This document shows positions 23,301 through 33,105 of a stretch of DNA of 36,177 bases, piece by piece (within the stretch, counting starts at the first letter, position 1; every line of letters starts with the position of its first letter). This DNA is from Sphaeroforma arctica JP610 (lineage: Eukaryota), in the NCBI RefSeq assembly GCF_001186125.1, contig NW_014040514.1, forward strand, positions 156,087 to 192,263. The letters run 5' to 3'. Both the position numbers and the translations under genes were made by a program. The notes beneath the pieces were generated by a model. That model was not told the DNA's origin, did no database searches, and saw only the letters and a program-made list of their open reading frames with translations.

Positions 23301-23493
23301 CTAGTGTAGGCGACGAACATTTGGATGGCGTAGATACAGACGTAAAAGGGGTTGTTGTTTCGGTAGAAATCCAAACTCTAACTGTCGTAGATGCAAGTGT
23401 CGCGATTCGGCCAAACGTACGTTACAGTTATAAGAATAGGTTGGGACGGCAGAAAAAGACGATTACGTTTATTACTAGGAACGTTACATCACT

Positions 23494-23806
23494 GATCATC
23501 ACTTGGGAGCATCGCATGCGTCGGTGAGTGATTTTTCAAAATGTTATATTTATGTTTATGACGGGAAGTAGAACGATGAACTAAATGAATAATTAAGATA
23601 TATTAGCAATTTCCTACACAAACACACTCATTTAAATTTATATAACACATAAATGTACACATATTTATTCAACATTCATACAGATCATCACTTGGAAGCA
23701 TCGCATGCGTCGGTGAATGATTTTTCAAAATGTTATATTTATGTTTATGACGGGAAGTTGAACGATAAACTAAATGAATAATTAGGATATATTAGCAATG
23801 TCCTAC
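23494..23806. repeat. 124-bp direct repeat (23494-23617, 23683-23806) abutting an assembly gap
   Basis: Two copies with a few substitutions, period 189 bp. Confidence 0.9.
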
Positions 23807-24184
23807 NNNNNNNNNNNNNNNNNNNNTATATTCATACGCATGCATAAAATACATCGAAAATTTTTATTATGTTATATGTATGTGTACAGTGTGTAGTCTT
23901 ATATTATTCCTCTCTTATAGCTGATATTATAGCATCATATGTTTGTCGTTTCGTGGGATCTAAGAGTACTCTGCTTATACTCTCTACCATGTATAGCTTT
24001 GATCCACGTGTTATACCGAGCTCATCGTACATACTGCGTGCCTTCTTAGTATTCCAATACAATACTTGACCTATTCCTAATTTTTGTAGGTCTTTCAACA
24101 GAATGTACCTTACACGCAGATAGGCAACAGAGTTCTGCACTGTTCAGATGTTCATCTTCCCGTATTGTCAACCTCCATTGTTGT

Positions 24185-24298
24185 TCATTGAATTGAAGTG
24201 ATTGTAGTGGGTTTGTTTACTATCTTGCTTGACTTGAGCATGCTGAGTGTGATCATAGTAGCTGCACATTTCTTATTTAATATTACGGAAAAATTATT
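24185..24298 (-). pseudogene. Probable displaced C-terminal tail of the P-like transposase
   Basis: Joining 33106 to 24298 gives in-frame MINTLH|NNFSVILNKK...SIQ*. Confidence 0.55.
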
Positions 24299-25034
24299 CC
24301 TCCACATTAGTATTTTGGAATATAAACGTACTCTTAAAAATACGTAAAACGTACTCTTAAAAGACGTAAACTTAGGTTTTCCTTAAATGGGTTTTAACGG
24401 TTTTTATTAATTAAATACATTTTCCAATTTACATATCAGATATTTGGACAAGGCCATTAAAAGGCCTCAGTAAAATACCAAATATAAGGTTTGTATTAGT
24501 TATATTAATAGAACTATATTTACCTTCCAAATCCATATCTGAATACTTCGGTAGCGAGATGGCTAAACTGAACATAGGTTTCTAAGGACTATTAGCGTTG
24601 CTTAGTTTATCCTCCGTTCAGCCAACAAGATGTGCCAGTCTGATGAAGGCCAAGTCGGTAATTCTTGATAACTGGCAAGTTAATGGTTAATGCAATAACA
24701 ATGGACATAAAGAGTTATATATAAAAATCTTCTCATGATAGGATTTTATCAGTTTCTCGGATTAGCCCCAACGAAATATACCATAATTTCTAATAGAGCG
24801 ACAACGAAAAACTAAATAAAATCCCTTCGGCGAAAACAGTACTGAGAGGATTATATGTAGGCAATGTCTCAGCCTCACAATCCCTCAGAGTATTGCTGTT
24901 TTCACGAGACATACCTAACTTTACTAAAAGACTCATTTCGTTTATTTACTCTTAAATTTTGATATCCTTAGACTTAACCTAAGAGTTTATTTACTCTAAG
25001 GCGTTAATATCCCCTTATTAGACCAAAACTTGCA
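24299..25034 (+). repeat. G3 5' LTR (5'-clipped)
   Basis: Direct repeat of 32389-33105. Confidence 0.92.
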
Positions 25035-25161
25035 CATTTTAAAGTTAGTAAAGGTATTAACTACTTAGACTACTTTAACGTAAAGGTAGATAACTACCAC
25101 GAAATTTTTCTTAAGCACAGTCATTCCTTAAAATAATAGACTGAAGTCATAAGTTAAGATT

Positions 25162-27400
25162 ATGACTGAGAAAGACAATACACCTGCAAAGAAACGCAAG
25201 GCCGAACGTAAGAAAATGGAGAGAGAAGCCGCTAGCGCTGCCGCAGAAGTAACCGCAGCTGCTGCCGATGCGTTTAACCGCACCGTAGCCGAAGCACTTG
25301 TGTCCGACAATAATAGCCAGGACAATGCTTCATATAAGGATGTAGCCACTCCGATTAAGAAGACTACTCCTACAGATGGAGCCCGAGGGCCAACTATTGC
25401 CTCAACTTCGAAGCTCACATTTGCGAAGCCAAGAAGTGAGACAAGGAACACGTCTCAAGACGCCCCAATCAACTATTCTGATGAAGCTCAGAAAGAAAAG
25501 TCCCCAATTATAGGGGACAAAGACGAATATCAGAAGGTACCTATACCGGAACCAGAAGAGGAGGCAAGCTCAAGTGGCAAACCCGAATCTACGTCCGAGA
25601 CAACTGAGCCAACGCGCATAAGTTAGTTAACTACTGAAAACACTGATCTGATGAATCAGTTAGCCGCCCTTATGAAAGGCATGCCTGTTGAACATGTAGA
25701 TCGAATGTATGGATCAGGAAAGCACGCACAGCACTTACGCGAGCATGTTTATCCGGACACTACTGAAGCCCTACAAAAGTGGACAGGACGTCGGCTGACA
25801 ATTACGCCCGAAAAGCGTAAGGACCTGAGCGCCAAACCTGTGGCAGATAACCCAGATGTGCTCAGCGTAACTATACCTTACGAGGAGCTACCACCAGATG
25901 TCCAGGAACTCTATTCGCCTGTTCTTTCACCCGGCCATGAGTAGCATGTCCTTGAGGGTATTATAGACCCAGAGGCAGGTAGAAACGCTCCGCCACCTTT
26001 ACCCAACTGGGATGACAATCGTCGGAAACCAGTTAAGACTGGGTATGTCATCCAGACGCATGAATCATCTAAGATTTTAATACCAACTGCTATCCAAGGA
26101 ACAGAGCACCGAAAGGCCTCGATCATGGACTTTACACGGGGTAATAAACATTCCCGTAAACGTGTTAACGATGTCGAATTTAATCGCTTCGATCGCACCG
26201 CCTTACACTAACCCGCAGAGGATTTCACTCTGACGAGGTGACCGAACTTAATAAATCGGTCAACGAGTACACCATTAAGATGGAAATCGCCCATGACGTG
26301 CACCGTGCCGATGACGTATCATATTTTACTATTATGATCGCGATTAAGCATAAGCGCATCGATCAACTACTTCAGGCCCAACGTGGACAAGACCGCCGGG
26401 ATAACCAGAAGTACAAGGGACAGATCAGTCGACTTAAGTCGAACTGGGATGCCAACAGTAAGCAGGTCGAGTTTATAAACAACCATGACCTCGACACGCT
26501 AACCCGTACGCTTAATACGTTTACGGTCATGCTGGAGACGAATGATATCGCTCCCCAGCAATGGATTTATGCTTTAATGCAATCGTTTGACCCTACGGAA
26601 CAAGTTACTTGATCCTGCAGCGACACCAGCTTGAGCTAGACACTTGTCGTGACTGACCGGCTGTGTGTTAGTTGGTTACGTCCTTATTAAGCAAGGACAT
26701 GCGCAGTGCAGTACTGATTTCAATCTTAACTGAACCAGTTGAAAATAATTGCATTCAGAGTTACATTCTGAAACTTGATGCTGACCTTAAACGTCCAGAT
26801 ATAACAAAGGACAAGGCTCAGCGATGGTACGAGTTCCTGGTTATGCATGTTTTCTGTAAGAACATAGAGAACAACGACCGTGAAAGTCTGTACACCGAGT
26901 TGCGACGTAAGTACGCAACTGAGGCTCGAGATAAGGGACATGAAACAAAGTTTCATCTATCCCGACTTACGTGGGAACAGTTTTATGATACTGTATCCAC
27001 TCTTTCCCCCGCACACCGAGTAACCTCGAAGGGAAAGGCGGTAAATAAGAAACCACACGAGCTCCCTGATCAAGGATACCTCTCACACCAGACGTCAGAT
27101 GATAAGCCTCATCAGACGCGTCCTAACCAGACACGTGCTTGCGACTCTACTCAATCAACGCGACCCAATAAACGGGCACGCGCGGAGCCGAAGAACAAGG
27201 AACCTCCATATAAGGATATTAAGAAATATGCCGACGCACAGTGTGGGTATGACATGTACCAATTGACCCCTAACGGTTATTGGAACGGAAGACATGCACC
27301 CACCTGTACACACTTGTTTATTTAGTGCGACAAGTGTGAGAAAACCAATGGCTACCAGACCAAGTCTTGCGACAAGAAGCCCGACATTAAGTTGGAGTGA
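25162..27400 (+). pseudogene. gag: G3 gag (long, fragmented)
   Basis: Chain of plus-strand ORF pieces from ATG 25162; decayed knuckle CDKCEKTNGYQTKSC just before the protease. Confidence 0.7.
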
Positions 27401-27474
27401 AAGTACTACCAGGTACAATCGCTACAAAGAAAATACGACTACTTAGATGAGCGTGTAATAATACCTATATATTA

Positions 27475-28545
27475 CAACGGAAATAAAGTCCTTGCATTGA
27501 TTGATCATGGTTCAGAAATTTCATGTACATCCGACCGCTTTGCATTAATGAAAGACATTGAAAGGCGAACTCGAACTACTCACCTAATTTTAGTAGATGA
27601 TTAAACTTCTATTTGTGATACCATGGTCACATATGTTAGAATCTCCATGGCCGATGATAGGAATATCACTACCCAAGCTGTGATCGTTAAGATGTCACAG
27701 AAGTACGACATTATAGTCGGAATGAGCGATTTGCTCACGTTAGGGGTAACCGTAACAGGCCTACCCAACAACATAGATCCATTAAAGGATCAGTCAGACG
27801 ATAGTTGTCTAAAACCATATACACCACCATCGGACACAGTCAAGGAACTAATTCCTGGCTTTGGCGATAAGATAATGGATCTTATATTAGTAAATAAGAA
27901 GATAAAAATGACCGACTGGGCGAATCAACGGAAATAAAGTCCTTGCATTGATTGATCATGGTTCAGAAATTTCATGTATATCCGACCGCTTTGCATTAAT
28001 GAAAGACATTGAAAGGCGAACTCGAACTACTCACCTAATTTTAGTAGATGATTAAACTTCTGTATGTGATACCATGGCCACATATGTTAGAATCTCCCTG
28101 GCCGAAGTCCTTGCATTGATTGATCATGGTTTAGAAATTTCATGTATATCCGACCGCTTTGCATTAATGAAAGACATTGAAAGGCAAACTCGAACTACTC
28201 ACCTAATTTTAGTAGATGATTAAACTTCTATATGTATTACCATGACCACATATGTTAGAATCTCCCTGGCCGATGATAGGAATATCACTACCAAAGCTGT
28301 GATCGTTAAGATGTCACAAAAGTACGACATTATAGTCGGAATGAGCGATTTGCTCACGTTAGGGATAACCGTAACAGGCCTACCCAACAATATAGATCCA
28401 TTAAAGGATCAGTCAGACGATAACTGTCTAAAATCATATACACCACCATCGGACACAGTCAAGGAACTAATTCCTGGCTTTGCCGATAAGATAATGGATC
28501 TTATATTAGTAAATAAGAAGATAAAAATGACCGACTGGGCGAATT
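27475..28545 (+). repeat. Triplicated protease region in G3 (copies start ~27475, ~27926, ~28105)
   Basis: VLALIDHG(S/L)EISC occurs three times, each followed by the same in-frame DD* stop. Confidence 0.9.
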
Positions 28546-30000
28546 TCCGGTGTAACGACGGATACGTCAGCCTTGACTTAACCAAGGTAGATTTTACTAC
28601 GCTCAAATGTCCTTCAAGAAGCTATGTTTCTTGGAGACACGAAGTTGTAGTTAAAGAACAAGTCGAGAAATCGTTATCTGATAGGGTAATCGAAATCAAT
28701 TGCCAACAAACGCCAGTTAACTTAGCATTATTGGCAGTTGATCAGCATAACTCTGACGGAACATTTAAGAAAGTCAGAGTATGTCTAGATATGAGCCCAA
28801 TAAATAAGTTATTGCCGACTCATAGTTTTCATCTCCCTCGTATAAACGAGTTACTGAGACGAATGGAAGGTGCTGACAAGGGTATCATCAATTGCAAATT
28901 TATGAACCCCATCGGAAGTACTTTAGTTTAACTTGGAAAGGTAAACAATACAGGTTTAGAGGAGCACCTTTGGGGTTGCGCTCTTTACCAGCATTTTTCC
29001 AACAAGTAACGGAGGAAATGTTTGCAGACATGCCTAACGTGCAAGTCTATATAGATAACATAGTCATCTTTTCTAAGACTAAGGGCGAACATACCGCATT
29101 AGTCAAACGAGCCCTTCAGAGACTCAACGAACAAACCTTCAAGATTAACGAGAAGAAATGTCACTTCGCAATGAGCGAAATAATGCTCTTAGGCTATCGT
29201 ATATCTGGGTAATGTATTAATATCGACCCTGGTAAGGTGGAACACCTGTTAGATTGATTAACACCAACTACAGGAAGAGATGTGAACAGCATGTGTGGGT
29301 TTGTAAACTTCTTTTCAGATGGAGTACCGCACTTAGCTGAATATCTTAAACCCTTTGGACATTTAAAATGTCATAAAGGCNNNNNNNNNNNNNNNNNNNN
29401 NNNNNNNNNNNNNNNNNNNNNNNNNNNNNNNNNNNNNNNNNNNNNNNNNNNNNNNNNNNNNNNNNNNNNNNNNNNNNNNNNNNNNNNNNNNNNNNNNNNN
29501 NNNNNNNNNNNNNNNNNNNNNNNNNNNNNNNNNNNNNNNNNNNNNNNNNNNNNNNNNNNNNNNNNNNNNNNNNNNNNNNNNNNNNNNNNNNNNNNNNNNN
29601 NNNNNNNNNNNNNNNNNNNCCAGTCGATGGCGTGCCTTTTGAAATAGCAACGGACGCATCAGACTTAGCACTCGGAGGAGTACTATACCAGGTTATAGAT
29701 AATAAACATAGGTATATACAATTCTTAAGCCGAGCAATGAATGCATCACAGTTGAATTACCCAAGTGTGAAGCAAGAGCTACTAGCCATAGTAGCAGCTT
29801 TAACACATTTCCACGATTACTTATACGGAACAGCATTTACGCTGATGTGTGATCCGAAATCTCTTCAATATATGAAAGAGATGAAACCCGACTCACAATT
29901 ACTGAGTCGCTGGCAAGATACAATATCAAAGTTTAATTTTGATATAAAACATCTGCCAGGAATATATAACCATTTGCCGGATATGTTATCACGCTTTGTA
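28242..30000 (+). pseudogene. pol: G3 reverse transcriptase and RNase H (spans an N gap)
   Basis: RVCLDMSPIN; YRFRGAPLGL; VYIDNIVIFS; TDASDLALGGVL; ELLAIV; HLPGIYNHLPDMLSR. Confidence 0.93.
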
Positions 30001-30036
30001 CCGGACTTTAATAAATCCATACGTGAGTTACTAGCC

Positions 30037-30440
30037 ACTGACTGGAAGTGTAATCCCAGGTGGTTTGAACTGGCTCAAAAGATATTTGGGCCACATACAA
30101 TTGACATGTTTGCTGTACATCATAATGCACAACTATCGAATTACAGGACTTTAAATCATCCTTTGGGAGACGCCTTTCAAATAGACCTCTCCAAACATAA
30201 TGCGTGGGCTAATCCACTATGGCAGTTAATTACCCAGCTATTAAATTATGATCATATACACAAAGCTACCATCACGTTGTGCTGCCCACTACAGAGTAAA
30301 GATCCATGGCTCAATAAATTGATAAGCATGATACAATGCGAGCCAATATATTTAGATAGGGAAGTAGATACTTTCCTATATCATGGTACCCGAGCCGTCC
30401 AGAAGACGCCCTGGAGACATACTATAATATGTCGTATAGG
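30037..30440 (+). CDS. G3 Dam-like DNA amino-methyltransferase domain, open and in frame with RNase H
   Basis: TDWKCNPRWF...FGPHTIDMFAVHHNAQLSNY...DAFQIDLS..NAWANPLW (30211-30222)...TLCCP....PW...DTFLYHGT...KTPW. Confidence 0.85.
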
Positions 30441-30889
30441 TCCCATTGGAACAACCAAATGGACCCCTTCTGAGACCTTCCTTAACAAGGTCAAGAATCA
30501 GAGATTCCACTCTACCCAATTGAACGTTAAGCAGTTCAAAGGCAACACAGCGCTTAAAGTCTGTGCACAAGAAATACAATCTACTAATGACACTGTTAAG
30601 TAGCGTCAGTCTCTAGCTAGGACTGTTTAATAACATAAAGTCCAAGCTCGAGGTCTTTCAAACCCTATTTTGAAAGGCATTAATGAAAGACAATCCTGAA
30701 GCGTATACACATATAATGCGACTATTTAATAAGTCAGGTGTATCTAACGAACATGAGCGCACTTATGACACTCATGCGAAAGAAGGACAGGAGTATGGAA
30801 ACACTACAGACTTAGGACCACGCAAGTGGATTCTCAACACCCTACCTTTATTCTGGAGGAATAGAATGATGAAAACATTCTTGCTTGGC

Positions 30890-32237
30890 TGACGCAAAAC
30901 CATAAGCTGAGGCACCAGAACGTAGTAGAAGCACTTAAAGATGCCAAGCGAAATGGGTTAGCGCACCCTAAGCTGGCAACTTTAGTGGATAAAGTATATC
31001 AGTTATGTACAGACTGTGATCCCAATCAGATCAAACGCTATGGGTTCGCACCACCTAAGAGTGTGACCGAAGATGTTCCATGACGCAGGGTCATCATCGA
31101 TCTGGTTGACCTGCCTACGTCCGAGTACACAGGCGACCGTTACGTATGCCACTTCTTTGATGTGACGTCACGGTTTAGCTTGCTCTATCCATTAAAGGAT
31201 GAGAATACGCGGACCGTGGCAGAATTACGTTGCCAAGTCTTTGCTGACCACGGGTGGCCGGGTATTATGTGCTCTGATAACGGTAGTGAGTTCTGCGATG
31301 ACGTAATGGAATCGCTAGTACTTGTATCGGGAATATGCCATAAGAGAGGTGTGCCATATAAACCGCAAACGCAAGGCGCGAATGAAACGCGCCATAGAAG
31401 ACTTAAGTTCTTCTTACGCACTGCATTAACGGATGATGCAGATGATTGGCCGTACCACCTTAAGTGGGTACAAACACAGATGAACGAGTGTAGCCTTTAA
31501 CGAGGACGAACCTGATCACCATGAGTTACCATGGTTAAAGAAGGTACAACGCATACACAACGTTGTATATCCTTGCTTGCGTGAGACACGTAATGTGGCC
31601 TTATTAAAAAGGCAAAATAGATGGAATGCTACCAAAAAGATAGCAGAGTATCAGGTTGGAGTCAGAGTTAACATCCGTCAACGTAATTCCGATGCTACTG
31701 TACTAACATCGAAATGGATAGGACCATACATAATCTCTGTAGCCGACACTAAAAGTGGAACTTATGAGGTTAATAACCCCGACGGTTCTAGTACTTTAAA
31801 TATAGGCACTAGTCGAATTCCGAACTGAGATTATTCTCGCAAGAAGACATGATTCTACTGCACCTCTTGACCGCTCCGAATTCAAAGATATTATATGGAG
31901 AACGGATAAAGGAGGATATACATATTATCGTTCACGCTTTATAGACGGTACAATCGCTGAGTTAACTTCAGACGCTTTTGACAATCAGGATTATTTAAAG
32001 GCCTTTAACAGAAAATAGCGGAAACGCTTACATAAGTCACAGGCTGAAAAAGATAGTATGTTCCTATCGTCTGCAGGCACGGAAGTTAAAACTTACCCGC
32101 CAATAGCACTTATCCCGAGCTTTACTGCTCATCCTTCGTATGTTCCAAAAACATTGAAGCGTAAGAAACATCCAGTCGACCACCACGGACCTACTGGACC
32201 TAAACCTAAATCTCACAGGGTAATCGAGAACGCTTAA
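30890..32237 (+). pseudogene. G3 integrase with GPY/F motif and a divergent chromodomain-like segment (~31878-32015)
   Basis: H...H...CTDC; IIDLVDLP; SDNGSEF; PYKPQTQGANE; WIGPYII; EFKDIIW...YYRSRFIDGT..LTSDAFDNQDYLKAF. Confidence 0.88.
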
Positions 32238-32363
32238 CTTCTCCGCCTGAGAAACATCAACTATAAGTTATGCTACTTAATGTTTTCGACCCGTTTTCCC
32301 TTCTCGCTTTTTGACCCATAATCAGCTTGAGTGAGCAACTAACCTCTCCTGGGTCTCAAAGCT

Positions 32364-32375
32364 GGGTGGGGGCTG
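32364..32375 (+). other. G3 polypurine tract
   Basis: GGGTGGGGGCTG lies directly before the 3' LTR. Confidence 0.7.
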
Positions 32376-33105
32376 TGTAAAAGCCGGGCCTCCACATTAA
32401 AATCTTGTAATATAAACGTACTCTTAATAGTTCGTAAACTTAAGTTTTCCTTAAATTTGTTTTAACGGTTTTTATTAATTAAAAATATTTTCCATTTTAC
32501 GTATCAGATATTTGGACAAGGCCATTAAAAGGCCCAAGTAAAATGCCAAATATAAGATTTGGTCTAGTTCTTTTCATAGAAATATATTTACCTTCCAAAT
32601 ATATTTATATCTGAATACTTCGGTAGCGAGATGGCTCAACTGAGCATAGGTTTCTAAGGACTATTAGCGTTGCTTAGTTTATCCTCCGTTCAGCCAACCA
32701 GATGTGCCAGTCTGATGAAGGCTAAATCGGTAGTTCTTGATAAGTGGCAAGTTATTGGTTAATGCAATAACTATGGACATAAAGAGTTATAAAAAAAATC
32801 TTCTCATGATAGGATTTTATCAGTTTCTCGGATTCGCCCCAACGAAATATACCATAATTTCTAATAGAGCGACAACGAAAAACTAAATAAAATCCCTTCG
32901 GCGAAAACAGTACTGAGAGGATTATATGTAGGCAATGTCTCAGCCTCACAATCCCTCAGAGTATTGCTGTTTTCACGAGGCATACCTAACTTTACTAAAA
33001 GACTCGTTTCATTTATTTACTTTTAAATTTTGATATACTTAGACTTAACCTAAGCGTTTATTTACTCTAACGTGTTAGTATCGCCTTATTAGACCGAAAA
33101 TTACA
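32376..33105 (+). repeat. G3 3' LTR (730 bp)
   Basis: TGTAA...TTACA termini; direct repeat of the 5' LTR. Confidence 0.95.

Larger units (their letters stand above)
24299..33105 (+). mobile_element. Ty3/Gypsy LTR retrotransposon G3 (gag-PR-RT-RH-MTase-IN-chromo-like), decayed
   Basis: LTRs 24299-25034 (first 13 bp lost) and 32376-33105 (TGTAA...TTACA); PPT-like GGGTGGGGG; Gypsy domain order. Confidence 0.95.

Noticed and set aside
27475..28545. RIP-like hypermutation signature
   Set aside because: Differences between duplicated copies are few and of mixed type by eye; a dinucleotide-context count would be needed.
4197..32237. DIRS/tyrosine-recombinase identity for the MTase-bearing elements
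   Set aside because: They have direct TG...CA LTRs, PPTs and DDE integrases with GPY/F; G2 has a TSD and G2/G3 have aspartic protease motifs. No tyrosine-recombinase motifs were seen.
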